A stretch of 64,000 nucleotides of DNA, taken from Eledone cirrhosa. Taxonomy: Eukaryota. The notes under the pieces were generated by a model. The model was given only the letters and a program-made list of their open reading frames with translations. It did not search any database and had not been told where the DNA came from. This document shows, one piece after another, positions 28,562 to 44,090 of the stretch (position 1 is the stretch's first letter; every line of letters starts with the position of its first letter). Position numbers and translations under genes: made by a program. The DNA is taken from assembly GCA_964016885.1 (NCBI GenBank), contig OZ024740.1:233554001-233618000 (forward strand). Direction: 5' to 3'.

Positions 28562-28976
28562 AATAATGGTTTCTACTTTAGGCACAAGGCCAGCAATTAC
28601 CCAGTGCATTACTGGTACTTTATTTTATCGACCCCGTAAGGATGAAAGGCAAAGTCAACCTCGGCGGGATTTGAACTCAGATCGTAAATGGACGTAACTA
28701 TGCTGGAAAGCATGGCGTCCGACCAAATAATGGTTTCTCATTTACGCAATCCAAATAATGGTTTCTCATTTACGCACAAGGCCAACAATTTGGGGGAAGA
28801 GGAAAGTCGATTAAATTGACCCCAGTGCGTTACTGGTGCTTTATTTTATCGACATCCTTGATGATGAAAGGCAAAGTTAACCTCAGCGGGATTTGAACTC
28901 AGGACGTAAAGGGCCATAACTCTATACTGCAAAGCATGGTTTCTGAAGCTCTACAGATACTACCAATACACCGCCC
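28562..28976 (-). mobile_element. Tandem SINE family 1 copies (short-tail and long-tail subtypes)
   Basis: Copies at 28562-28724 and 28753-28976 with repeated flank CCAAATAAT. Confidence 0.85.
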
Positions 28977-29495
28977 TTCCAATCCAAATAATAACATCAT
29001 TAATGATGAAAGGTTTGTTCAATAAACCAGTGAGACAGCCACTACGTCTTACTCTGTGTTCATTGATCTTTATAAATTGTGGTCTCCAAGATTTTTGCTT
29101 TGTTTATTCCTTTGTGGTTTTTACGTCAACAAAGAAATAGCGATTGTGACAAATAGGACACAACGTTTGACGTTCCCGCTGCGATCTTATTATTGGTTGC
29201 TATGCAGAAATATGGGTGGATCTCAAGAAAGATAGAATCAGCTATCGATTATTGCTTTTCGTGAACAATGTTATGAAGGAGAGCTTGTGTGTAGGTGGGT
29301 GTGGGTTAGTAACCTAGAATAGCTGGTACACGGATGGGAAGTTCCTGTTTAAATATCAACTCCCTACCGCAAAACAACCATACTATAACACATCCTTAGT
29401 AGAATAAATCTGGGTGTATGGGAGGAATATTATCGATAACAAGATTAAAAGATCAAATCATTAAGACAAAAGATATATATATGTATCCGTATATG

Positions 29496-29631
<136 letters not shown>

Positions 29632-29744
29632 TAGTAAACATGCTATTTATCTAGAAATTAAGGAAGTAAATTAGTGTTTTTACATATTCAATACATAGAG
29701 TACTACAGAACTACCTAGGAACAAATATATGATGGTATTAGTTA

Positions 29745-30140
29745 ATTGGTCATAGTATCGGTAGAGGGTCGGACGCCATGCTTTGACGCATAGTTATGTC
29801 CCTTGCCATTCTGAGTTCAAATCCCGCCGATGTTAACTTTGCCTTTTATCCTTACGGGGTCGATAAAATAAAGTACCAGTAATGCACTGGGTAATTGCTG
29901 GCCTTGTGCCAAAAGTAGAAACAATTATTTTCTAGTTTAAAAGGTGGTGGACTGGCAACATCTGTAGGACGTTGGACAACGTGCTTTCCGGCATAGAGTT
30001 ACGTCGATTTACGTTCTGAGTTCAAATCCCGCCAAGGTTAGCTATGCCTTTCATTCTTACGAGTTCGTTAAAATAAAGTACCAATAACGCCCTGGGCTAA
30101 TGTAATTGATTTTCCTTTCCCCAAAAATTGTTGGACTTGT
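29745..30140 (+). mobile_element. Two tandem SINE family 1 copies
   Basis: A/B boxes and core in both 29745-29929 and 29943-30140. Confidence 0.85.
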
Positions 30141-30520
30141 TCACACTCCACTTTTCTAACAGCGTCAGTAAAGCATGGCGTTCGTTGTAGGTGTAGTAAT
30201 TAAAAAGACAAAAGCACCAATTAAATGCACAAGAAAATAGAATCATTTTGAACTTAGATAATTGAGAACAGTCTAACTAAATTGTATTTAGCGGTTGTCT
30301 TAGGCGATTGAAGCCCTGTTGATTACATTGGCTAAAGAAATAAGATTATATTCATTCTCCAGTGGAACAGACTCCGGGGGAACAGTCTTCAAATATACTA
30401 TCATTTTTTCCATATCCACTGTAGTTTTGGAGAGACAGCATCATTTGTTATATGCTAATATATCCAAGACATTGAAATAAGGGAATTTAGTCCTTTGGAA
30501 TGTAGATCTATTCTTCCATA

Positions 30521-30698
30521 TACAGGTGAAATTCTGTTATAACTTTTTTTTTTCATCTGTTATAACTTTTTTTTTTCAATTCCCGGGGTTATCACAAACA
30601 AACACTCGATTTGTTTCGGTCGGTCTCATTATAAAAACTTTTCGTTACATCGATTTTTTCATACCCCGTGAATTTCTCTATAACGGAATTTCACTGTA
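30521..30698. mobile_element. pogo/Tigger-type MITE
   Basis: TACAGGTGAAATTCTGTTATAAC / TATAACGGAATTTCACTGTA; homologous to 19303-19485. Confidence 0.7.
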
Positions 30699-31484
30699 TA
30701 GGTAAAATTTCGATATACCGAATACCATTATACCGATTTTATTCAATTTGGAAATTTTAGTAATAATTAGACCACTCGTGACCCGTTGGGTCTCGTTCAC
30801 TTCAAAATATTTTTTAACAATCATGTTCACTTAAAACTAATTTTTAAATAATTAAAATATACACAGACATGTATATAATGTGAAATGAAACTGGAAGGCC
30901 CATATATATGTGTGTGTATGTATATATATAAATGTGTATGTGGGTGTCTGTGATCTATATACACCCTCTAATGTACCCTTTCTTTATTTAAGACACTACT
31001 GTGTGATTTGGAGTAGTTTTAGCTGCTATTTCTAGCAGAGCAAAATACAATGTGAAGGCTTTCTCGTTGGCTTACGTACTTTTGTTAGGTGCTCGATCAA
31101 GCTTTCCGACAGATCTACGCCCAAAGACAATCGAACCTTGATGAACACGTCATTTTAAAAGTATCTAGGACTATTTTGACCAATGCGCCTTTCCACATAA
31201 GGTGGCAGAATGTGATTTCAGGGAAATTGACTGATATTTCTATAAAACATGCAGACCGACTGTGATGTGTATCATGATTGGGTTTACTGGGCGCCCTATT
31301 TGGAGTTCTGTAGTCACAAGTGACTTACTTTACTTTTATTCAGCCGTGTTGGTTTAGTACGTGCTGAAATATACCGGAAAAATCACACCACCCCGTTTTT
31401 TCCATCCACTCTGAATTTCTACCGTGCCAATCCCAAACAAACTAAATAGATAATATTTTTATATAACCATCCCTGTGTAAGTTT

Positions 31485-31670
31485 GGACACAATATAGGGG
31501 ATGAGAGGTGGAGAAATTGGTGAGCCTGGAATGTTTGAATGAAGGTTGCATGAAGTCCGCCAGTTCCAAGGAACTGAGGCCATTGTAGTAGCGGTAGAAA
31601 AAATCACAGATAGGAAACAGAATATTTGTGGGCCAAAGATTGGATAATGTCTATCAGTGGGTTTAAGTAA
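31485..31670 (-). mobile_element. Decayed non-LTR retrotransposon ORF2 C-terminal remnant (CR1/L2/Jockey-like)
   Basis: Translation with a stop and a frameshift: IQSLAHKYSVSYL*F/FYRYYNGLSSLELADFMQP..HSRLT..STSHP, like the LQSL.HRR.VASL.LFYRYY.G.CS.EL motif. Confidence 0.6.
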
Positions 31671-32249
31671 ACGGGACTATGTTTAAGATGTTTGTTCACC
31701 ATGAAAAATTCCTAGTGAGAGTAATGCATAGCATTTCTAACCAACATGAGAGCTCTTATTCCCTGTGGTTTTTTTAAGGGAAAAGTGATACGGTTATCGT
31801 TTAGTTCCATGCCCATGCAATCAACAAGGCCAATGAGCAATAACAATACAAATACATAAGGTATTTCATTGGTTTGGTTTCACTCATCGAGCTCGACTGT
31901 GGCCATAACTGAGGTGATCATATGATCGTTGATCCTATTGATCTCAATAAATATTTTAATCTATTGCTTGTTTTCTTGATCTCGATTTGTCGAAATACTA
32001 CGTTGCGGGAAAAAAAACAAGGACACAAATATGTATATAAGTCCAAGCTCATGCACACACATACTTGCACACACACACATACAACCACACAAACGCACGC
32101 TCTCGCACGCACACACACATTAAATATAAGCGTTGCGTTTCAGATAATAGATTTACGCAGTGTTTTAATAATTGTTTCCCATCCCAAGATATTGTCCACT
32201 GACCGAGTCATCCCTTTACCGATCGGCGTAGATAACTACTACTGATATC

Positions 32250-33316
<1,067 letters not shown>

Positions 33317-33319
<3 letters not shown>

Positions 33320-34100
33320 CTAGGGGAGGGTCATATTGTTGTAATATGCTGGAAAGCATGGCGTCCGACCCTCTACCGATACTGCCAATCCACCGCCCTT
33401 TTACCAGAAATAATGATTTCATATATTGGCCACACGGGCCGACATATAGGGGACAACACAAAAGACTGGGACAGTGGGGTTTTACAGAAAAATCGAGTAA
33501 ACAATATGAATAACAATAACAAAGAACAAGAAAAAAACAAGAAAAATTCTCCAATAGAGGAGGGGGGATGACCACCCAGAGTTCGCTCAGGTACTCCACC
33601 AATCCTCAACGACGCAACGTTTCGAGAGCACCAGGGAAGGGCACCCCTCTCCTCCTCAAATTTACCCACCTACAGCCGCATGACCAGAGTAGGCCCACTC
33701 ACACGGGCCATTCTCGCCACATTCACCCAGAATATTGCCAGAAATAATAACAGAACACACTCACTGTTTGGTTGGTTTTCGCTTCTGTATCTTTTGTATC
33801 CCCATAGTTTAATATATTTGGCCATCAACGTTTATCATTGATGTTTCCTCCTGTTGTATTGCACAAAATAGTACCACTGATGATGTTGCAGATGTGCAAC
33901 GAAAGAACTTTGATAGACTATATATATATATATATATATTTATATCTGTATTTTTAACCGTTGGTCAATCAATGATAAACGTTGATTGCCAAATAAATTA
34001 ACTATGGAGATATAAAAGATACAGAAGCGAAACCAACCAAACAGTATGTTCTGTTATTATTTCTGGCATATTATTACAACAATATGACCCTCCCAAGTAT
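33317..34100. mobile_element. Nested foldback island; left arm split by a SINE fragment and a second HHR element
   Basis: 33317-33346 plus 33733-33842 are the reverse complement of 33968-34100; HHR core CTGATGA-T-GTTGCA GATG TGCAAC-GAAA at 33877-33904. Confidence 0.75.
33608..33662 (-). ncRNA. Hammerhead fold with variant core TTGAGGA
   Basis: AAT-TTGAGGA-G GAGAG...CTCTC-GAAA-CG TTG CG-TC-GTT. Confidence 0.6.
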
Positions 34101-34524
34101 AACAATATATATATATAATTATATATATATGCGCGTGAGTGTGTGCACGTGTGTGTGGGAGTACATGTGCATGTGTGTGTACCATATCACCAATTTTCTT
34201 CTACCCAAAATATTTACATAGTTTCTTCCTTTTTACTTTCTCTTTGTCTTATGGCCATTCCATTTCTTCCTGTGGTATCCCCATTCTGTCTATATGTCTC
34301 GCTCTCCCTCTCTAATTCTCTCTTACTGTTTATCTTTCTCCTTCAACTCTCTTTAAACAATCTTCTTTCTCTTGTTCTCCCCTTTAAAACCACTAATCCA
34401 CACATTTATTCTCTCCTTTGCTCTCCATTCTTCTCAACTGCCATTAAAAGTTAATCTTACTCTTTTTCACCTTCCCGCCATATTTAGTACTGGGTTGGAT
34501 TGGGGGAACTGGTTCAGCGTAGAT

Positions 34525-34707
34525 AATAATTGCTTCTAATTTTGGCACAAGGCCAGCAATTATCCGAGTGCATCACTGGTACTTTATTTTATCGACCCCA
34601 TAAAGATGAAAGGCAAAGTTAACCTCGGCGGGATTTGAACTCAAACCGTAAAAGGCCGTAACTCTCTGCTGCAAAGCATGTTGTTCGACGCTCTACCGAC
34701 ACTGCCA
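34525..34707 (-). mobile_element. tRNA-derived SINE family 1
   Basis: Near-full-length match. Confidence 0.85.
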
Positions 34708-34979
34708 ATGGCGTTAGTTGAGTTCAAATCCAGCTCAGTTCAACTTTACCTTACATTCTTTGGTTGGTTGATAAAATAAAGTACTAGTCAACTGCTGGAG
34801 TTGATTTAATCAACTTCGCCATTACTCCAAATATGCTGGCCTCGTGTTGAAACTAGTAATCAATATAACTCTGACAGGTTCTGTCTGTTGGCATAGTTAT
34901 AGGAACACTGCAATGACAGTTGAACATCTCAAACATTCTCTCTCACCCCTCTCTCCCACTCTCAATCTCTCTCTCTCTT

Positions 34980-35010
<31 letters not shown>

Positions 35011-35828
35011 CTGTCTCTCTCCCTCTCTCCCCCCTCTCTCTATCTTTTCCCCCCTCTTTCTTTGTTTCTGTCTATCTATCCCCCCTCTCTCTCCTTATCT
35101 GTCTTTGTCTATTTCTTTCTCCCTTTTTCTATCTTTCTCTCTGTATCTATCTCTTACCCCCTCTTTCTACCTCTCTCTCTCTCTTTCTCTCTCTGCCTCT
35201 CTTTCTTTCTTTCTCTCTCTTTCACTTACTCTCTCTTTCCCTCTTTCTCTCTCTCTGTCTATCTCTTTCCCCCTCTCTCCATCTCGCCTTCTCTCTATAT
35301 ATCCCTCTCTCTTTCTCTGTTTATCTCTTTCTCCCTCTCTCTACCTCCCTCTTCATCACTCACTTCCCATCTTCCATCTTTCTCGTCTCCATTCTATCAG
35401 TTTCATACAAGAATGCCATAACATTAGTTTATATTTTGTGCTTCCTACACAGAGAAATCTCCAACACCAGATGAGAAATTATTTATTTCTTTCACTCGTT
35501 GGGTGACATTGTAGTACAGAGGATTGGTAAGTGTTGTAAGCTGTACAAGTATAGTGTAAGAGGTGTTAGTTTAGGGCACTTTTTGTTGTCTTTGTTATTA
35601 TTATTATTCGGTTTTTGTTCTAATAGAGTTGTTGGTATTGGAATCGGGAAGTGGCTTATTTATTTACTTCTTAAGTTTTATTATTACTTCTATTCATTAA
35701 TTTATTTATTTTTTATAGTATGGTTGTTTTGAATTTTTCTGTTATTTTATTTTATTTTATATTACGCCTCCATCCTACAAAGGCATATATATCAATAAAT
35801 AAATAAAGGGGATAGCTTTGATTTCGTC

Positions 35829-35832
35829 AGTA

Positions 35833-35884
<52 letters not shown>

Positions 35885-35967
35885 CAGCAGCAGCAGCAGT
35901 AGTAGTAGTAGTTGTAGTAGTAATAGTAGTAGTAGTAGCAGCAGCAGCAGTAGTAGTAGTAGTAGTT

Positions 35968-36010
<43 letters not shown>

Positions 36011-36062
36011 CAGCAGCAGCAGCAGCAGCCGCAGTAGTAGTAGTAGTAGTAGTAGTAGTAGC
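35829..36062. repeat. (GTA)n/(GCA)n trinucleotide array
   Basis: Direct reading. Confidence 0.95.
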
Positions 36063-36251
36063 AACGACAACAATATATACATACACTCACATTCATCTGG
36101 ACACAATACGACAACAACAACAACAACAACAACAAAAACAATGTGTACAACAAACTAACACGGAACTTTTTACTTGGTTTCTCTTACTTTTGAAAATAAC
36201 TGTTTATTCGCAACGCCGCCACTGTTTACACGTTGGTCCTAAACACACTGT

Positions 36252-36520
36252 GGAGGCACGTGGCCTAGTGGTAAGGGTGTTGGATTTACGATCATAATGT
36301 CGTGGGTTCGATTCCTGGGTTGCGTTTTGTGTTCTTGAGCAAAACACTTCATTTCACGTTACTCCAGTATACTCAGCTGAAAATGAGTACCAACAATAGC
36401 TGTGGGTTTATCCCAACGATTGACTGGCGTCCTGTCCAGGGGGGAGTCTTGTACTCTCAGTCGCTTCACGCCATGAAACCGGGATAAGCACCGGCCAAAT
36501 GAGCCTTCTGGCTTAAGACA
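36252..36520 (+). mobile_element. tRNA-derived SINE family 2
   Basis: A-box TGGCCTAGTGG, B-box GGTTCGATTCC, CORE-like TTGTGTTCTTGAGCAAAACACTT and V-domain-like GACTGGCGTCCTGTCCAGGG. Confidence 0.75.
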
Positions 36521-36957
36521 GACTTTAGACTGAATACACACTATGTTTGAAAAACAAAACATAAGTAAATAGTCTCTTCTGATATAGCTTCCGTCATAGG
36601 TCTAGTTGATCATGATTAACTTGGCCCTAAACAACAACAATAACAATAACATCAGCTACAGCTTAACACAAAACATCATGAGCATCATTGAAACTCTCAG
36701 AGTAATACCAATATGGCGTTTGCAACAACAATAAGAACAACAATTATTACAACAACAACAACAACAACAAAACAATAACTATGAATTGAACATCTACCTC
36801 GCGGCTGGACCAGGTAGAAATGTCAATCAAATCTCCCCCAATTCTCATCCAGGAACTCTTTGAATAATATGTTCTCCGGGTATGGCAAGAGTGCACTTTG
36901 ATCGTAGGTCTCTATGTCCTATCAGGTCGGACATGGAATATAAACAACAATAGCAAT

Positions 36958-36973
36958 TGCTACCACCACCACC

Positions 36974-37020
<47 letters not shown>

Positions 37021-37081
37021 CACTACTACTACCACTACCACTACTACTACTACTAACACTACTACCACTACCACCACCACC

Positions 37082-37146
<65 letters not shown>

Positions 37147-37231
37147 CACCACCACCACCACCACCACCACCACCACCACCACCACCACCACCACCACTAC
37201 TACTACTACTACCACCACTACTACTACTACT

Positions 37232-37302
<71 letters not shown>

Positions 37303-37318
37303 CACCACCACCACCACC

Positions 37319-37395
<77 letters not shown>

Positions 37396-37447
37396 CACCA
37401 CCACCACTACTACTACAACCACCACTACTACTACCACTACTACTACA
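36958..37447. repeat. (CTA)n/(CCA)n trinucleotide array
   Basis: Direct reading. Confidence 0.95.
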
Positions 37448-37641
37448 GCGATTGAAAAACAAATGTAGGGCATCTACAAACCTAACAATACAAAGGATCA
37501 CAGCAACAACAACAACAACAACAACAAATACAAGAAATAACAGCAAAAACAGTGATAAAAGTAACAATAACTGTGTACAAGAATAACAGCAGTTGTAATG
37601 ATAACCTTCCCCTTCATAATCATTGTTATCGTCGTCGTCAG

Positions 37642-37868
37642 GGCGGTGGATTAGCAGTATCGGTAGAGCGTCAGACGCCATGCTTTGTAGCATAGAGTTA
37701 TTGCCCCTTGCGTTCTCAGTTAAAATCCCGCCGAGGTTAACTTTACCTTTCATCCTTGGGGGAGGGGGTCGATAAAATAAAGTACCAGTAACGAACTGGT
37801 GTCGATTTAATCGACTTTCCCCATCCCACCAAATTACTGGCCTTGTGCATATAGTAGAAATCATTATT
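37642..37868 (+). mobile_element. tRNA-derived SINE family 1, long-tail subtype
   Basis: Full length from GGCGGTGGATT to GTAGAAATCATTATT. Confidence 0.85.
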
Positions 37869-37871
37869 ATC

Positions 37872-37985
37872 GTCGTCGGGGTCATCGCCGTTGTCGGGGT
37901 CATCGCCGTCGTCGGGGTCATCGCCGTCGTCGGGGTCATCGCCGTGGTCGGGGTCATCGTCGTCGCCGGGGTTACCGCCGTCGTC
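37872..37985. repeat. 18-bp GC-rich minisatellite GTCGGGGTCATCGCCGTC, 5-6 copies
   Basis: Direct reading. Confidence 0.85.
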
Positions 37986-38082
37986 GTGATTATCATCGTT
38001 GTCAGTTTCATCACCGTGGTCGTCCTCTTCAACGCCATCATCATCTTATACTTCCTTCTACTCGTCCTTATCAACATACTTG

Positions 38083-38580
38083 TCATCATAATCTCGTCAT
38101 CATAATCTCGTCATCATAATCTCGTCATCATAGTCTCGTCACGATAAACTCGTCATCATAATCTCGTCATCATAATCTCGTCATGATAATCTCGTCATCA
38201 TAGTCTCGTCATCATAATCTCGTCATCATAATCTCGTCATCATAATCTCATCATCATAATCTCGTCATCATAATCTCGTCATCATAATCTCGTCATCATA
38301 ATCTCGTCATCATAATCTCATCATCATAATCTCGTCATCATAATCTCGTCATCATAATCTCGTCATCATAATCTCGTCATCATAATCTCGTCATCATAGT
38401 CTCGTCATCATAATCTCGTCATCATAGTCTCGTCATCATTATCTCGTCATCATAATCTCGTCATGATAATCTCGTCATCATAGTCTCGGCATCATAATCT
38501 CGTCATCATAGTCTCGTCATCATAATCTCGTCATCATAGTCTCGTCATCATAATCTCATGATAATCTCGTCATCATAATC
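38083..38580. repeat. 14-bp minisatellite CATAATCTCGTCAT, about 35 copies
   Basis: Direct reading; no spacers. Confidence 0.95.
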
Positions 38581-38787
38581 CCCATTGTCACCGCCGTCAT
38601 GATCCCTGTCGTTGTCGGGGTCATCACCGTCATCGTCATCTTGTACTTCCTTCTGTTCGTCCTCATCTTCATTCTCGTCATCATTACCATCGTCGCCATT
38701 GCCAATATACCCTTCCTCTCCCTCCTCCATCATCGAGTAAATTAGCTCTATAACTGACAACGCAACCATCACCATCACCATCACCAC

Positions 38788-38985
38788 GGCAGTATCGGTA
38801 GAGGCGTCGGACGTCATGCTTTGACGCATAGAGTTACGGCCCTTTACATTCTGAGTTCAAATCCCGCCGAGGTCAACTATGCCTTTCATCCTTACGGGTT
38901 TCATCCTTACGGGGTCGATAAAATAAAGTACCAGTAATGTGCTGGGTAATTGCTGGCTTTGTGCCAAAAAGTAGAAACATTTATT
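38788..38985 (+). mobile_element. tRNA-derived SINE family 1 (internal 15-bp duplication)
   Basis: Consensus match; TTTCATCCTTACGGG is duplicated. Confidence 0.85.
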
Positions 38986-39109
38986 ATCATCATTATCATC
39001 ATCATCATCATGAACGGCAATAGGGAACAACCGTAATAATATGTCATATGTGTTTCTATATTTATTTATACACACACGCACACACACACACACACACACA
39101 CACGCACGC

Positions 39110-39206
<97 letters not shown>

Positions 39207-39886
39207 CATGCACACACAATATATAAATACATGCATACATACACACACAATGTATTATCTATCTCAGCCATATTGCTGCAATACGAAATTCACTTTCCAA
39301 TCAAAAGATCGAGGGTTCTACCGCTACATTTATCTCCGTAAATTGTTATTTCTCTAAAGTAACACATACATTTAATCTCGTATGCCATATATGCTGAGAT
39401 CATTCTTATCTTTAATCTTTTAATTCTTAACTTTTAAGGCAAAGTTAACCTCAAATCCCGCAGAGGTTAACTTTGCCTTTCATCCTTACGGGGTCGATAA
39501 AATAAAGTCATAATAATGCATTGGGATAATTGGTGGCTTTGTGCCAAAAGTAGAAACAATTATTCTTATCTTTAATCTCTTCTCATGTCAGAAACCAACA
39601 TAAATTACTGAGTTTCTCTTACGTAAACAATCAATTCATCAATACGCAAATTTTCCAGTTTGCATAATTGTTCATATGCCGCTAACCGTGGTATATACGG
39701 CATACCAATCCTGGACTCAAAAAATTAAACATGTACCACCATATTCTTATCACTATCGACGGCACGGGTTCAATAGTATACGTAAAAATAATAAGACATT
39801 AAAGAAAAATGGAAACCAATTTGTGTTAAAGCATTAAAAATAACTTCGTCCAGATTTAATTCAATATAAAGAACTATCTATCTATG

Positions 39887-40067
<181 letters not shown>

Positions 40068-40280
40068 TTGTGTGTATAGATGTATGCACCTGCGTATATG
40101 TGAGTAAAACACTCATACACAGGAGTCGTGGCTAGTGAGTGACGAGCATATTTATCTCAACACACATGTGTAATCCTACATATGCAATCATGCACACACA
40201 CACACTCACACACACGCACAAACACTCACGCGCACACGCACACACATACACACACAAACATTTATATATACATATATACA

Positions 40281-40319
<39 letters not shown>

Positions 40320-40369
40320 ATATGTATATATAAATGTTTGTGTGTATATATATACACATACATATATAT

Positions 40370-40445
<76 letters not shown>

Positions 40446-40452
40446 GTATATG

Positions 40453-40498
<46 letters not shown>

Positions 40499-40520
40499 TC
40501 TTTATATATATATATATATC

Positions 40521-40615
<95 letters not shown>

Positions 40616-41219
40616 GAACACCTACAAAGATGTGTTGCTGGAATGATTTATATCGTGATGTGAGCAAAGATGGAACCTGATATTTTCGTAACACAGTGGG
40701 GGCGGAGATTAACGATACATAACTCTTTCTCTCTGCCTCTTTCCAGACTCTCACTATCCCTCATTATTCGTCTCCCATCATCCCTATATAGCTATATCAT
40801 CTCTCTTTCTCTCTCCCTTCGTCCACATACATTCCTATATTCTACCCTCATCCCCAGTCTCCGCAGTAATAAAACTTTACTCATATATGTAAAATAGACT
40901 AGGGTCTTTGTTAAAAGTCGTGAAACGGTCCTTGTTTGTATATTTCACCAAGCTGAGTTAGGCACAGATATATTTCTTTAATGGATGTCGTGAAGAATGG
41001 CGGTAGAGATATATAAAAGTCCGAGTGAATACGGTGTTCAACTACTACCAGTCGAATGGTTCTTAGTTCGTATCAGTCATGAATATATATATACATATAT
41101 ATGGAAAAAGAGTCAGGACCCGACGGCTGAGCTCCGGCCGTTTCGACAGCTAGATCCGAACGGATCTACCTGTACCCTAAGTATCGAGTACCACCTGGCA
41201 TCTTACCACACCTTCTTTG

Positions 41220-41279
<60 letters not shown>

Positions 41280-41364
41280 AAAAATTGAACGGGAACAAAA
41301 CAGAGAGGCAGTACGAACAAAGGTTTATTAGTTTCACGCTCTTGAGAGTGGGGTGGTGGTGGAG

Positions 41365-41398
41365 AACGACGTTTCGGGCATAAGCCCTTCTTCAGGCG
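41365..41398 (-). ncRNA. Hammerhead core (family G), stem I not evident
   Basis: CTGAAGA-A GGGC TTAT GCCC-GAAAC-GTC; island 41276-41430 is homologous to 21915-22000. Confidence 0.6.
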
Positions 41399-41758
41399 AA
41401 AAGTGTGTGGGAAGAGAGTTCCATGGGTGTATATATATATATATTTAAAATATATTTATATATGGGGATTTAGTTGGTATATCGTTCAGGTGACCGGAAA
41501 ACCAAGATGACCATAAGTATTTGACACTTCTCTCTAAAAATCTCTTCAGCTCCTTTAAATTTTAAGAATTTCTCCTCATAACCCGAGGCCAGGAAACTGT
41601 CTTGTGCCGTTTTGTATTTCTTCTCTTGAAGGTCCTCTCCCCAGTATCCAATAACTCTCAAATAAATAGTTCACTTATGAAAACTAACATATAACGGATT
41701 TGTACTTGCTGAGCAAGTCACTTAAAACTGTGTGTTGAAATTGAAGTAATTACTATTT

Positions 41759-41903
<145 letters not shown>

Positions 41904-42592
41904 GACTAAAACTCTCAGGCACAAGTATTATGTTCACTTTACATTTATTTCGATATAAATGAAAGTATTAATAAATATAACTCTCTACGTGTTGCTAAAA
42001 CTTAATAATTTTAATATACATAAAACCGGTGGCCATATATTTACCTGGATAAGAGATAAATCTACCTTGCCATATAACGATTGTCTATCGTAAGAATGAT
42101 CGTTTATTATTGAGCAAAAACTAAACCATCCCCCTGTTGTAACACCACCCTCTATATTTCGGACTACTTTAAAACACTCCAATCTATTACAAGCATTCAT
42201 TTTTTCATTTTTTCTTCCCTCTCTCCAGAGAACTCGGTAGCTCTGAAAAATAGTCATTGCCATTGATGATTTTTCCACAACCAAAGTCGAATTTTGGCAG
42301 AGAGATTAAAATGCTTGATAAAATGTTTGCAGCATTCGTTCCGTCTCACATCTCGCCGCGGTCAACTTTGCTTTTCATCATTTCGAGGTTGATATAAGAT
42401 CCCGTTTAGTAGTAGGGAAGATTCTTCCTCAATTTCTTTTTGTCAATTTCCCTCGTACTTTCTTTCTCTAGAAGAAATTGTCTATATTCAAACATGGAAA
42501 GGGATAAACTCCGTAGGTTTAAATACCTAAGAAGTGCTGTGTATCAATCATGACGGCACCCTAATGACTCCATCAGGAATTAAGTATATATA

Positions 42593-42666
<74 letters not shown>

Positions 42667-42990
42667 GAACAGGTTAAATTTTAAGCAAAGAATCGTTTTT
42701 TCACCCTTAACGGGATCTTCTGAAACTAAACTAAAAAAATCAATCTGTGGACAAAGAAGTAAATATTTCGAAAAGCACTACAACCGAAGGAAAACAGGAA
42801 GATGATACATTGGTTCGTGAAAACGTTCCCTGGCAATGAACGGAAAAACAGCGAGGATAATTAAATCGTTATGTGGAGCTAGAAGAACAATTTCTTGCAA
42901 AGATAAAAACACATTTATGGTATAAAAGACTAATATTAGACTAATATTCTATTTAGAATAACCGAATGATTTCCAGCTCCGGAGTTTAAG

Positions 42991-43160
42991 AATAATTGTT
43001 TCTACTTTTGTCACAAGGCCAGCAATTACCCAGTACATTAGTGGTATTTTATTTTATCGACCCCATAAGGATGAAAGGCAAATTAACCTCGATAGGATTT
43101 GAACTCAGAACGTAAAGGGACGTAACTATGCTAGAAAACATGGCGTCTAACCCTCTACCG
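42991..43160 (-). mobile_element. SINE family 1, 5'-truncated, with TSD GAGTTTAAGAATAAT
   Basis: 15-bp direct repeat flanks the copy. Confidence 0.9.
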
Positions 43161-44042
43161 AGTTTAAGAATAATGTAAATAAAATTAAACGAAAATGACA
43201 GAGTGTATGTATTAATGTGTGTATAAGTCGTGTGGTGAAGATTTAGAATAGATGTTAAATGAAAGGAGCCGAGAACTAAAATCTCGTTGGGGTTATCACA
43301 GACAGAGGGAGAGAGACAGACAGACACAGTGAGGGGGAGAAACTTCTCACAATGTACGTATCTATGAACGCATGTAGAGGCCCTGTAGTGACATAATAGG
43401 ACATTTTAAAACTGGCTGAGCCCTGCCTCTCTCCAGGGTTGAACACAGCCGATTTCTTCCTGAGAAGGAGAGAGAGAAAGCGATGAAGTGAAAAAGAGAT
43501 AGAGAGGGGGAATCGAACCTAGTAAATCCTCAAAAATATACATGACAACATTAACATCGACGGGCTTTGACCGCAGAGAGGCGGAACGAATGCCACAAAA
43601 CATTCTATCAGACGTTATAACGCCTATTCGTTGCCTTTCACAAATATACACACAAACAAATAATCACAACTTGTTGAAACATCACCATGCACACGCTGAA
43701 AACACAGCAATCAATGTGCACATTTTAAAACGATGTACACATAAACAGACAAAATAGATACAGTTATAAATTCTAAAATCTCTAGAAGGATAGATATTTA
43801 TGCCGGATTGGATTTCCCTGGAGTGGGTGTATAATTAGCTTATGTCCTTGAGCAGATATCAACGCAGTAGCGATATAGTAGACAAGAAATGCTGTGCATT
43901 GATAGTCATTTGAGCGCCGTATAGAATGGTTTGCAGCAATATGTTTGGCTCGCTACATTCTGAGGTTCAAATCCCACCGATTTCAACATTCCAGGGGAGA
44001 ATACATAAATAAAGTATTAATCTAGTATCGAAGTAGATTCTT

Positions 44043-44090
<48 letters not shown>

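Noticed and set aside
30280-30515. Possible old RTE remnant (WKNRSTFQRTKF) on the minus strand
   Set aside because: Too degraded to support by eye
36845-38089. 414-aa Ser/Gly-rich ORF
   Set aside because: Made of trinucleotide arrays, an antisense SINE and a minisatellite
38083-38580. CRISPR-like regular array
   Set aside because: Pure 14-bp tandem repeat with no unique spacers, in a eukaryotic context
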